Assembly (NCBI GenBank): GCA_963807605.1 | Contig: CAWECG010000003.1 | Span: 448,377-512,376 of the forward strand | Direction of reading: 5' to 3' | DNA from: Candidatus Bathyarchaeota archaeon | GTDB taxonomy: Archaea > Thermoproteota > Bathyarchaeia > 40CM-2-53-6 > RBG-13-38-9 | DNA: 64,000 bases | Shown: one piece after another, positions 38,902-48,081 of the stretch | Numbering within the stretch: the stretch's first letter is position 1 | Layout: each line of letters opens with the position of its first letter | Program-made: the position numbers and the translations under genes | Notes under the pieces: model-generated | What the model saw: only the letters and a program-made list of their open reading frames with translations | What the model was told of the DNA's origin: nothing | Databases searched by the model: none

Positions 38902-39723
38902 TTATTTGTGAGAGCTGATTCTTCTCAACTTGGCGGCTCTATTGGCGATAAGAATTGCCACGACGCCTGCCGCCACACCTCCATCAATATTGACGACAGC
39001 TAGCCCTAAGGAACAAGCCTGAAGCATCGCGGTCAAGGCGCCAACGCCCTTTTCTCCAAATCCATATCCAACTGAGGTTGGAACGCCGATTACTGGAATA
39101 TCCACCAAACCTGACACAACCGATGGTAGCGCCCCCTCTCGTCCAGCAACCACGATTATCGCATCAACGTCTTTCTCTATGATTTCTTTTAGTGGAGAGA
39201 ATAGTCTATGAAGTCCAGCGATGCCTACATCATAGGCCGTTAGGACTTCGCAGCCCATCTCCTCAGCAAGGATCCTTGCCTCTTCGGCGACGGGAATGTC
39301 TGCCGTTCCTGCGGCTAGGACTCCGATCTTGCCACCGGTTTTCTCAATTCGAAAGTTCTTCTTCTTTATAGCAACCATGCCGGCTTTCTGATTCACCGTT
39401 AGAATGAAGTCGTTTGGAACCGCGGCCTTGAGGTTTTCAATCTGCTTCTCATTGGCTCGGCTGATTATCACTCTTCCTTTGTCCATCATCTTTAACGCTA
39501 TTTCTAGAAGATCCTCGGGTGTCTTCCCTTCGGCTAGGATAATTTCGGGAATTCCCTTTCTAATCTCTCGATTAACATCCAACCTGGCAACATCACTAAC
39601 TGTATCAATAGCTTGCACTCGAAGGAGTTTTTCAGCATCGTCTAATGAGATCAACCCCTTCGAAAGTCTCTCCAAGATTTCTCTCAACGGTGACCCACCG
39701 ACTATGACTCTCAAATCAAACAT
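38902..39723 (-). CDS. larB: nickel-pincer cofactor biosynthesis protein LarB (PurE-like pyridinium-3,5-biscarboxylic acid mononucleotide synthase)
   Basis: 273 aa with a C-terminal PurE-fold region (IGVLAAGTADIPVAEEARILAEEMGCEV...AIIVVAGREGALPSVVSGL) and an N-terminal extension typical of LarB. Confidence 0.75.
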   Translation of the reverse strand: MFDLRVIVGGSPLREILERLSKGLISLDDAEKLLRVQAIDTVSDVARLDVNREIRKGIPEIILAEGKTPEDLLEIALKMMDKGRVIISRANEKQIENLKAAVPNDFILTVNQKAGMVAIKKKNFRIEKTGGKIGVLAAGTADIPVAEEARILAEEMGCEVLTAYDVGIAGLHRLFSPLKEIIEKDVDAIIVVAGREGALPSVVSGLVDIPVIGVPTSVGYGFGEKGVGALTAMLQACSLGLAVVNIDGGVAAGVVAILIANRAAKLRRISSHK

Positions 39724-39842
39724 GTAGCCATATTTTATCTTTGAGAATGAACCCCGCTCGACTGGTAAGCCCTTGACTTATTACAATTGAGGGTAAATCT
39801 TACAGTTATTTCCGATCTATGCGCCCAATGTGAGTATAGTAT

Positions 39843-40751
39843 TCAAGTGCGATCGGTAGGTAGCTTTTTGTCTCTATTCTTCAATGCGACTCTAGGCACT
39901 ATCTTTTTCTCTAGAGCCTCATCCATGCTCCCGCTTCGGTAGCCAAGAAGATCTATGGTCACATACAGAAATCCTAACCTTTTGAGTTTCATTGCCAAGG
40001 ACTCCATCAATTCCTCGTCGAAAAAGAGTCTGCGCTCATTTTTCCCAACCTCTATGCGCGCCAAATTCCCGTGGTCACGTATTCGAAGCTCCCTGACTCC
40101 AGTCATTTTTCTCAGGAGCTTCTCGGCTTCAGCTACCCTTCTTATCTTGTCCTCAGTTATCTCCTGGCCATAGGGAAACCTAGAGGATAGACATGCCATG
40201 GAGGGTTTGTCTGCGGTGACTAGGCCAAACATCTTGGCAAGGGCTCTGACTTCAGTCTTCTTAATGCCTGCGTCAGCGAGCGGGCTGAATACCCCGCCCT
40301 CAAAAAGCGCTAAGGCTCCTGGCCTGTGGACTTTCATGTCATCAGCGTTTGTCCCATCAACTATGCATGCGATCCCATGTTCCTCCGCTATCTGCTTTAG
40401 TCTCGCGATTAGTTCCTTTTTGCAGTAGTAGCATCTGTCTGGTGGATTCCTGACGAAGTTTGGATTAGTAGTTTCGTCAACTTTTATCGTTATGTGTCTT
40501 ATTCCAATTTCTTTGGCAATACCCTTCGCCTCTTCGAGTTCTCCGTAGGGTAGAGTCGTCGAATTGGCTGTCACCGCGATGGCTTTATTTCCGACAGCCA
40601 TCTTGGCGATTAATGCAACCAGAGAACTGTCAACTCCCCCAGACATGGCAACTAGTACGCTGCCTTCGTTTCTTAGCTTATCCAGTACCCTGTTCATCTT
40701 CTTTGTCAACATCTTTCGTTGATTCAATTGTGTTACGCCAGTTTTCCCCAT
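39843..40751 (-). CDS. larE: ATP-dependent sacrificial sulfur transferase LarE (PP-loop ATPase)
   Basis: PP-loop SGGVDSS. Catalytic-Cys region SMACLSSRFPYGQEIT matches LarE (ASCSVSSRFPYGTTLT in the Lactobacillus plantarum LarE), as does LRIRDHGNLARIEV. Confidence 0.85.
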   Translation of the reverse strand: MGKTGVTQLNQRKMLTKKMNRVLDKLRNEGSVLVAMSGGVDSSLVALIAKMAVGNKAIAVTANSTTLPYGELEEAKGIAKEIGIRHITIKVDETTNPNFVRNPPDRCYYCKKELIARLKQIAEEHGIACIVDGTNADDMKVHRPGALALFEGGVFSPLADAGIKKTEVRALAKMFGLVTADKPSMACLSSRFPYGQEITEDKIRRVAEAEKLLRKMTGVRELRIRDHGNLARIEVGKNERRLFFDEELMESLAMKLKRLGFLYVTIDLLGYRSGSMDEALEKKIVPRVALKNRDKKLPTDRT

Positions 40752-41177
40752 TGGTTCTCACTGCCTCAAGTTTGGAGTCATTACTGTTCCTGTGAATTCT
40801 TCTTTTCCAAGCATGGCGTACGAGTTGCGTACAAGCCATGCGAGGTCATTGATACTGAAGGGATTTGACGTTTGAAGGAATCTGGAGTATGCTCGTAACC
40901 AGACAAACCTGCCTAAATTTCTGTGTAAAAGACTGATACTCCGTGTATTATTTCTGTGTCCTAAGAAGGGGCGCTCGAACGTATTATCTTAGCTCGCGAC
41001 AAGAGCAGCAAATGCAAACTACTTCTAATTAACCTATCGTTTAACCACGTGATGCATAGAGATGGATCTTGCGGGGTTTCACACTGGTGGATTGAGTTCG
41101 CGCTTCTATTCGGGCAAATGCAAAGAATTCTTTATTATGAGCTGTGGAAAGAAATGATGATAGAAGCCAATGGATGA

Positions 41178-41663
41178 GTGTTCAGTATGGAGAGGCAGGT
41201 TAAGGTCGGAGATAAGGCTCCAGATTTTACGCTATTCGACACTGAATTAAAGCCCAGGAGTCTCAAGGATTTCAAAGGAAATGTCGTGCTAGCCTTTTAC
41301 CCTGGAGCATTCACCAACACCTGCACAAAGGAGATGTGCGCCTTCAGAGATTCTCTTACGAGGCTAAGCGGTCTTAAAGCTCAGGTTGTTGGAATAAGCG
41401 TCAACGATCCATTCTCTAACAAAGCATTTGCCGAGGCAAATGGGCTGACTTTCCCATTGTTAAGCGACTACAATCGAGAAGTTCTTCGGAGATACGGTGT
41501 TATGGTGAACGACTTTGCCGGTCTTAAAGGCTACAGTGCTGCCAAACGTTCCGTCTTCATCATAGACACGAAGGGAATAGTGTGTTACAGATGGGTGACT
41601 GAAAACCCAGGAATAGAACCTAATTATGGCGAGATAGAAAAGGCGTTAGAGGAAATAAAGTAG
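41178..41663 (+). CDS. peroxiredoxin, Bcp/PrxQ type
   Basis: 161 aa with [17 protein letters not shown], i.e. the peroxidatic Cys in PxxxTxxC and a resolving Cys five residues later, the Bcp arrangement. Confidence 0.8.
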   Translation: MFSMERQVKVGDKAPDFTLFDTELKPRSLKDFKGNVVLAFYPGAFTNTCTKEMCAFRDSLTRLSGLKAQVVGISVNDPFSNKAFAEANGLTFPLLSDYNREVLRRYGVMVNDFAGLKGYSAAKRSVFIIDTKGIVCYRWVTENPGIEPNYGEIEKALEEIK

Positions 41664-41744
41664 AGGCTTATCGCGCCTCTTAACTATCTTATTGTGCCTC
41701 CGATTCTTCGCTTCTACCTTTGTCTAAACGTTCCTTGTCGAATA

Positions 41745-43685
41745 TTATGTGAAACTCTCTTTCCGAGTTTCTTTGACGTAGTTTATCAGTCCACCTGCGA
41801 GCAGGATACGCCTCTCCCTTTTCGAAAAAGTGTTAAGGCACTCCATTCGCCTTCCTTCTATCTCTATCAGTATTTTTTGAGATTCATGTGTGATCTGATC
41901 TTTGACATTCTGGATTTGGATAATGTCCCCATAGTTTATTCTACCGTAGTCTTCTGGCTCTGCAAAAATCAGAGGTACCACTCCAAAATTGATTAGGTTA
42001 GTTCTATGTATCCTAGCAAAACTCTTGGCTATTTTGCCCTTCACGCCCAAGTATCGGCATACTAGAGCTGCATGCTCTCGACTCGAACCCTGACCATAAT
42101 TTTCCCCGCCAACAACGAATCCTCCTGCCGACTCCTTAGCTCTCCTTGTGAAAGTAGGGTCTACCTTTTCGAAGGTAAACTCGCTTATAGCAGGGATGTT
42201 GCTTCTGAGCGGCAGGATCTTACTTCCGGCAGGAAGTATGTCGTCTGTGCTGACATTATCTGCAAGTTTGAGCAAGACTCTTCCAGAGAGCCTGTCTTCC
42301 AGAGCTACAAGAGTAGGGAATGGTTTGATGTTGGGTCCTCTGAAAACCTCAACGGCTCTCTTGTGCTGCACAGGTGGAATTACTGACTCTTCATTTACAA
42401 CATAGCGTGTAGGTTCAACTATCTCTGGATATTCTCCCAAAGTCCTTGGATCTGTTATCTTCCCGTTTATGGCAGCTGCCACCGCGACTTCAGGGCTGCA
42501 TAGATAGACCTTATCATCTTTTGTCCCACTTCTACCAGGAAAGTTTCTTGGGAAAGTCCTTAGCGAGACCGTTCCAGTAGCAGGGGCCTGCCCGATTCCT
42601 ATACACCCAAGACAGCCCAGTTGGTGGATACGTGCACCAGAACGAATCAGCTGGGTTAGACCGCTTGCATCACCTAAGTTCTCTATAATCTGTCGGCTTC
42701 CCGGGTTTACTTCGAAACTGATGTCTTCATGAATCTTCCTGCCTTCCATTGCCTTTGCGATGATCATCAAATCTCTGAAAGAGGAGTTTGTGCATGAGCC
42801 GACTATAACCTGTGCGACCTTGATTCCCTCGACCTCTTTTACCCTCCGGACATTGTCAGGAGAGGAGGGGCAAGATATGAGAGGTTCTAGCTCGCTCAAA
42901 TCCAATTCTGCATGTTCATCATATTCTGTGTCAGAGTCAGCCTGGATCCTCTGCCAAGCCTCACCTCTATCTTGAGCTTCAAGGAATCTCTTGGTGTTAT
43001 CATCTGAAGGGAATACGGTAGAGGTCGCGCCCAACTCTGCTCCCATATTGGCAATAGTTGCCCTCTCAGGCGTAGCCAGAGTCTCGACGCCTGGTCCATA
43101 ATACTCTATGATCTTTCCGAGGCCGCCTTTGACGGAGTATCTTCTGAGCATCTCAAGTATGACGTCTTTGGCTGAAACCCAAGGTCTGAGTCGGCCTGTT
43201 AACTTCACTCCAAAGATGCTCGGTACCTTAAGATAGAAAGGTTCACCAGCCATAGCCATCGCGACATCCAAGCCACCTGCGCCGATGGCGAGCATCCCGC
43301 ATCCTCCGGAGGTTGGAGTGTGGCTGTCAGAGCCCAGAAGCGTCTTGCCGGGAACTGCGAAGCGTTCAAGATGGATATGATGTGAAATTCCATTGCCGGG
43401 TTTGGAGAAGTAGACGCCGAACTTCTTGGCGGTGGTCTGAAGGAATAAGTGGTCATCCATATTTCGGAAATCTGTCTGCAAGAGGTTGTGGTCGACATAG
43501 CTTACTGAGAGTTCCGTCTTCACATGCGGAATGCCGAGAGCTTCAAATTCTATGAAGGCAAGGGTACCTGTTGCATCTTGGGTAAGTGTTTGATCGATTC
43601 TTACTGCTATCTCTTCCCCAGGTTCAAATCGGCCTTCGACCAAGTGGTTCTCAATTATCTTTTGAGCTACACTCTTGCCCATCAA
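41745..43685 (-). CDS. aconitase-family hydratase (fused large plus swivel domains)
   Basis: 646 aa with the aconitase signatures GSDSHTPTSGG and cluster-ligand Cys regions (IVGSCTNSS, CLGCIGIG), and a C-terminal swivel domain (..GENYGQGSSREHAAL). Confidence 0.8.
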   Translation of the reverse strand: MMGKSVAQKIIENHLVEGRFEPGEEIAVRIDQTLTQDATGTLAFIEFEALGIPHVKTELSVSYVDHNLLQTDFRNMDDHLFLQTTAKKFGVYFSKPGNGISHHIHLERFAVPGKTLLGSDSHTPTSGGCGMLAIGAGGLDVAMAMAGEPFYLKVPSIFGVKLTGRLRPWVSAKDVILEMLRRYSVKGGLGKIIEYYGPGVETLATPERATIANMGAELGATSTVFPSDDNTKRFLEAQDRGEAWQRIQADSDTEYDEHAELDLSELEPLISCPSSPDNVRRVKEVEGIKVAQVIVGSCTNSSFRDLMIIAKAMEGRKIHEDISFEVNPGSRQIIENLGDASGLTQLIRSGARIHQLGCLGCIGIGQAPATGTVSLRTFPRNFPGRSGTKDDKVYLCSPEVAVAAAINGKITDPRTLGEYPEIVEPTRYVVNEESVIPPVQHKRAVEVFRGPNIKPFPTLVALEDRLSGRVLLKLADNVSTDDILPAGSKILPLRSNIPAISEFTFEKVDPTFTRRAKESAGGFVVGGENYGQGSSREHAALVCRYLGVKGKIAKSFARIHRTNLINFGVVPLIFAEPEDYGRINYGDIIQIQNVKDQITHESQKILIEIEGRRMECLNTFSKRERRILLAGGLINYVKETRKESFT

Positions 43686-43980
43686 TAATCAAACCTTGCT
43701 TCTGTCTATGTGATATTGCGATCTTGAATTAGCTGGACGCTGAGACTTGGACCGGGCATCATGATAGGTTATTGCAGCAAGCCTTGAAGGGCCTATGTCT
43801 GCCCCAGCGGCGAAATAAAAGATTTGCTTCAAAGATGATATGCGTGGAACAGTTCATCATTATCATCATGATGATTTCCTGACCTTAAATAAGTGATATT
43901 AAGATACAGTCAAACAGCATTTCACTATCATCAATGGATTTGGAAAGACCGACAAAATTATGGTAGGTAAGATTCCGGCT

Positions 43981-44297
43981 TCACAAACGGACGATTGTTT
44001 TTGAGATGTAGCTCATGACAGAAGCGTGCGCGCTTGCGTCTCTATAGTGGTATTGAACGTCAGTGAGTGCTTCTTGGACTCCGTGGGATCGGTGGTCATA
44101 GGTTAACAGAACCGCGCATGCTTCAAGTTTGTTTTCTCTCCTTTCCATGTATAGTCTGTGATGAAGTTGCGCATGGCAACCTGCAACCCTTTCGATCGGT
44201 CTTTGTATCCTATTGCCCTGAGCGAATCATCAAATTGCTTCATCAACTTTGGAGGCGTAGAGAAGCTAAACTTGTCCACCTTCACCAAGAACGGCAC
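43981..44297 (-). pseudogene. nikR paralog disrupted by a frameshift (RHH intact; C-terminal domain out of frame)
   Basis: The track ORF 44103..44297 encodes only the RHH (FSFSTPPKLMKQFDDSLRAIGYKDRSKGLQVAMRNFI). The -1 frame continues VLLTYDHRSHGVQEALTDVQYHYRD, matching the NikR YDH..LTDVQ.RY block. The shift is at a gg/ggg run in 'gcgcggttctg'. The far C-terminus diverges further. Confidence 0.5.
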
Positions 44298-44459
44298 ACC
44301 TCCCCTCCAAGTGCAACTTTCAACATATCACAATTTCGTCTTTCAGCTTCTGATATGATAACCTATCCAGCGGATCAAGTGATTATCGGGCATCCGCACC
44401 ATCCTAAAAGTTTATTAGAGTAACACTAATCAGCGAAATCGTAATACTGGTGACTTACC

Positions 44460-45233
44460 GTGCATATTCCGGATGGATATCTAGGGCCTTCAACGTTCAT
44501 TTTCTTCTACATATTCATGATCCCGTTATGGTTCGTAGCGTCTAGGAAAGTGGAGAAAAATCTCAAGACCAAGGAAATACCTTGGCTTGCTTTTGGAGTG
44601 GCCTTCTCATTCGTGATAATGATGTTCAACTTTCCCGCGCCTGGAGGAACAACGGGGCACGCGGTTGGGGCGGCTATCCTTGCATTAACCTTGGGGCCTT
44701 GGTTCGGGTTTCTGGGTGTTACAGGTGCGCTGCTAATTCAATGCCTCTTGTTTGGAGACGGAGGAATAACCACTTTCGCTGCTAACTCGTTCAACATGGG
44801 GCTAGTCATGTCCTTTGTCAGCTACTATGTCTACAAGTTGCTGGCTACTCGTGCTTCCGTTTTGTCGCGTCGGCGTTGGTTGGCGGCTGCGACATCCGGA
44901 TATGTTGGACTAAACGCCGCGGCTCTGTGCTGTGCGATAGAATTAGGTCTTCAGCCTCTACTGTACTACACTGCGAACGGCAGCCCTCTCTACGCTCCTT
45001 TCCCGCTATCTGTAACGATTCCCGCCATGTTGATTTCTCACATGTTTATTTTCGGGTTTGTCGACGCGGCTGCAACTGGTTTCTTGGTTTCCTACATAAT
45101 TCGTTCCGACCCATCAATGTTAGCACCTTCAATGGCGCAAAGCATTCCGGGCAGCCCGGTGGTGAATGAGCAGTCTCCAGCGCCAAAGCGTCAATTTTCA
45201 GAAGACTGTGGATGCTCCTCGCCGTTTTGGTAG
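44460..45233 (+). CDS. cbiM: ECF-type Ni/Co transporter substrate-capture component CbiM/NikM
   Basis: The N-terminus MHIPDGYL (the metal-ligating N-terminal His) and 6-7 TM helices. The C-terminal ~30 aa of the ORF overlap cbiN and are probably not real. Confidence 0.8.
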   Translation: MHIPDGYLGPSTFIFFYIFMIPLWFVASRKVEKNLKTKEIPWLAFGVAFSFVIMMFNFPAPGGTTGHAVGAAILALTLGPWFGFLGVTGALLIQCLLFGDGGITTFAANSFNMGLVMSFVSYYVYKLLATRASVLSRRRWLAAATSGYVGLNAAALCCAIELGLQPLLYYTANGSPLYAPFPLSVTIPAMLISHMFIFGFVDAAATGFLVSYIIRSDPSMLAPSMAQSIPGSPVVNEQSPAPKRQFSEDCGCSSPFW

Positions 45234-45532
45234 TACTGGTTCCCGTGGGTCTGTTGGCTCCGGGATCGGCGTTTGCCGAATGGAGTGCTTCCGAGCTGGA
45301 AACACTATTTGGGATCACGCCTCCTGCAGGGCTCACCAGCTTGGAAGGATTATACAATGCTCCTTTGAGTGGCTACAGCGTGCCTGGAGCAACGACCTTC
45401 ACCCAACTTAGCCTGGCGTATATCCTCGCAGCCGCCATTGGGGTATCTATTTTCGGTTTGTGTCTTTTCGCGTTCTACCGAGTTAAATCAAGAGCTATCG
45501 TCTCAGATGCTGTACCTCCAGAAGAGGCGTGA
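45212..45532 (+). CDS. cbiN: CbiN/NikN small membrane component
   Basis: 106 aa with two terminal TM helices flanking an extracytoplasmic loop, as in CbiN. Position is between cbiM and cbiQ. Confidence 0.55.
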   Translation: MLLAVLVVLVPVGLLAPGSAFAEWSASELETLFGITPPAGLTSLEGLYNAPLSGYSVPGATTFTQLSLAYILAAAIGVSIFGLCLFAFYRVKSRAIVSDAVPPEEA

Positions 45533-45538
45533 TTTCAG

Positions 45539-46483
45539 ATGCTTCCTGAATGGCTCAGTCAGAGACCAACCGTCGGCGCTTGTCCCTGCTGCACCGTAGG
45601 AGGGCCTAGCAAGAAGAGCATTGTGGATAGAACCATAGGAGCCTTCTCAGGTTTCTTCGATGAATCCAGCTTCGCTGAAGGCTATGCATGCAAGGGAGGG
45701 CTACTGCAATTCGTTGACCCGCGTTTCAAGCTGGTCGGGATGCTTTGGCTTGTCGTTTGTGTTATCCTTGTGAGTCGCGTGGAATGGGTTCTTGTTATTC
45801 TTGGGGTTGCTATTCTTCTTGCTGTTGCCTCGAAAGTGAGGCTGGGTTACTACCTGAAGAGAGTTTGGCTCTTCATCCCGCTATTCACATTGGTCATTGC
45901 TGTGCCGGCTATGTTCAACTTCATCGTTCCCGGGCAACCTCTTTTCGTACTGCTAAGTAAGGGTCAGCCCCTTGGTCCTCTTGTTTTTCCGTGGACGATT
46001 TCAATCACGGTTCCTGGCCTTCAAGGGGCCGTCCTCTTTGTCTTGAGGACAGGAGCTGCCGTTTCCTTTGTGATCCTACTCGCTTTGACCACCCGCTGGA
46101 CTGACCTGCTAGCATCTCTTCAAAGTCTGAGGGTTCCAAAGGCCTTCGTGATGATACTCGGCATGACTTACAGGTATGTGTTCGTCCTAGTGGGCATTGC
46201 ACAAGACATGTCCTTTGCCCTAAAGAGCAGAACACTGAACCCCGAACGTAGTGCGAATGTGAGAGAGTGGTTGGGTGCAACGATTGGAGTGCTTTTCCGT
46301 CGGTCAATGAATATGAGTGAGCTTGTTAATTTGTCAATGATTTCACGTGGTTATGATGGGAGAGCCAGAAAGGTTACTGAATTCCGCGCTGAACCGTTTG
46401 ACTGGGCTTTCTTGGGATTTCTCCTTGGACTAGGCGTATTACTACTAATGCTTCGCAATATCGCCGTGTTGAATGGGATTTGA
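45539..46483 (+). CDS. cbiQ: ECF transporter transmembrane (T) component CbiQ
   Basis: Polytopic protein with the conserved cytoplasmic coupling region (ALKSRTLNPERSANVREW). It carries a ~50-aa N-terminal extension with CPCC. Confidence 0.7.
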   Translation: MLPEWLSQRPTVGACPCCTVGGPSKKSIVDRTIGAFSGFFDESSFAEGYACKGGLLQFVDPRFKLVGMLWLVVCVILVSRVEWVLVILGVAILLAVASKVRLGYYLKRVWLFIPLFTLVIAVPAMFNFIVPGQPLFVLLSKGQPLGPLVFPWTISITVPGLQGAVLFVLRTGAAVSFVILLALTTRWTDLLASLQSLRVPKAFVMILGMTYRYVFVLVGIAQDMSFALKSRTLNPERSANVREWLGATIGVLFRRSMNMSELVNLSMISRGYDGRARKVTEFRAEPFDWAFLGFLLGLGVLLLMLRNIAVLNGI

Positions 46484-46524
46484 AATGACTCAAAGATAGT
46501 GGGCTCGTCTTCGAGCTACAGAAT

Positions 46525-47301
46525 GTGGGCTATTCATACTCTGGCAATCATTCCGCCCTGAGTGACGTATCGATGAACGTTAAAGCTGGGGAGTCAATCG
46601 CCATTCTCGGAGCGAATGGCTCAGGGAAATCGACGCTCCTCAAAATATTATGCGGTCTAATCTTCCCCTCGTCAGGAACCGTCAAAGCGTTTGGGTCTAC
46701 ATTAAGTGAAGCGGGAATGGAGTTGAACAGAAGTGAATTCGCCCGCTACTTCAGACGAAGGGTGGGAATGGTGTTTCAAGATGCTGATTCTCAGCTATTC
46801 TCGCCCGTGGTCTGGGAAGAAGTGTCATTCGCTCCTCTGCAACTTGGCCTGTCTCAACAGAACGTGGAGAAACGGGTGAATGAAGCGCTTTCTCTCTTGA
46901 GAATTCAGCATCTCAGAAATCGTAGCCCACAGAGCTTGAGTGAGGGCGAAAAGCGGAAAGTGTCTTTAGCGTCCGTTCTTTCATTGGGTCCCGACATTCT
47001 CCTGCTCGATGAGCCCAGCTCAGATCTCGACCCCCGCACTAAAGTCTGGCTAGAAGGATTTCTCAATGAATTGCATGATAGCGGCAAGACAGTCATTATG
47101 GCTACTCACGATCTTGAACTTGCAGCCGACACGTCAAACCGCTGTATCATCCTTGACGAGCAACACAGCATTGCAGGCGAGGGACCAACAGAAGAAATGC
47201 TAGGGAACTGGGATCTTCTGTTGAATGCTAACCTAGTGCACGTTCATGCGCACAAACACGGACAAGTTCTTCACATCCATCCGCATGCCCACTCGGAATG
47301 A
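46525..47301 (+). CDS. cbiO: ECF transporter ATPase CbiO with His-rich C-terminal tail
   Basis: Walker A (GANGSGKST), ABC signature (LSEGEKRKVSLA), Walker B (LLLDEP). The C-terminus is HVHAHKHGQVLHIHPHAHSE. Confidence 0.85.
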   Translation: MGYSYSGNHSALSDVSMNVKAGESIAILGANGSGKSTLLKILCGLIFPSSGTVKAFGSTLSEAGMELNRSEFARYFRRRVGMVFQDADSQLFSPVVWEEVSFAPLQLGLSQQNVEKRVNEALSLLRIQHLRNRSPQSLSEGEKRKVSLASVLSLGPDILLLDEPSSDLDPRTKVWLEGFLNELHDSGKTVIMATHDLELAADTSNRCIILDEQHSIAGEGPTEEMLGNWDLLLNANLVHVHAHKHGQVLHIHPHAHSE

Positions 47302-47475
47302 AATTCAGGCCATTTCGATTCCCAAGCCGAATCTCGTTCGATCCCGTTTGCCATTCACTATTTCAAGAAAACTCAGTCCAAACCATGAAAGGTCTGCAAG
47401 TCGTAGACTAACGATTGCTTTGTCGGGTAATCAGCGAAATCATGCAGAAAGCCAACGGAGGGCTCTAGCCTGACA

Positions 47476-47513
47476 ATATTGATTGGTAGCGCGGACTAGC
47501 TGGCAGGCTACCG
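47476..47513 (+). terminator. hairpin plus T-run downstream of the cbi operon (candidate terminator)
   Basis: 'ggtagc gcggactagctggcag gctacc' (6-bp stem) is immediately followed by 'gatttttt'. Confidence 0.3.
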
Positions 47514-47816
47514 ATTTTTTAGTGCCGCAGCTCTAAGGATTCCCTTCTCAGTCAGCCTGTACAGGAATTTGTGGCCTACCCTCCTTCTTTCCAGAAGCCC
47601 CTGTCGATAATATCGGACAAACCTCATGGCGATAGTCTTCCTGCCAGGCACTTTGCCCTCCCTAAACATTAAAACGTGCTTAACATCAAATAACCTGTGA
47701 TCGAGTTCCCCAGTCCTATGGGAAAGATAGCCCTCAACTGAAAACCAACTATCAGGAGCCAAACCCAACGTATGAGCCTTGACAGCCGGTCTTACAAGAC
47801 GTTTAAGGGAATGCAA
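47508..47816 (-). CDS. hypothetical protein with C-terminal winged-helix-like segment
   Basis: 102 aa; LLERRRVGHKFLYRLTEKGILRAAAL resembles the recognition helix and wing of a wHTH. Confidence 0.35.
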   Translation of the reverse strand: MHSLKRLVRPAVKAHTLGLAPDSWFSVEGYLSHRTGELDHRLFDVKHVLMFREGKVPGRKTIAMRFVRYYRQGLLERRRVGHKFLYRLTEKGILRAAALKNR

Positions 47817-47842
47817 TACTAGAGACCACGTGAAGAACCCAA

Positions 47843-47864
47843 GGTAACATCTTGAGATGTTACC
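47843..47864. promoter_or_regulatory. perfect 9-bp inverted repeat with 4-nt spacer (candidate operator) just upstream of 47508..47816
   Basis: 'ggtaacatc ttga gatgttacc', located 27 nt upstream of the start codon of the wHTH gene. Confidence 0.3.
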
Positions 47865-48027
47865 TTTACCTTTCTAAACTTTACAATACGTTTCTTACTC
47901 AATTAAGTATGATAAAATACTCAAACCCATAGATCGTAGGGCGCGGCTGGGCACCCAGACAGAAGATTCTTACCCTTAGAAACCACGCGTAACCGCTCTC
48001 ATTCTGGCTAGTCTTAGCAAACGAGCT

Positions 48028-48062
48028 CTAGCTCATCAGCTAAGGCGCACACACAAAATCAC
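48028..48062 (+). repeat. partial copy of the dispersed repeat (3' half)
   Basis: 'ctagctcatcagctaaggcgcacacacaaaatcac' carries the core agctaaggcgcacacac. Confidence 0.65.
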
Positions 48063-48081
48063 ATTCAACTTTCGTTGTTTC

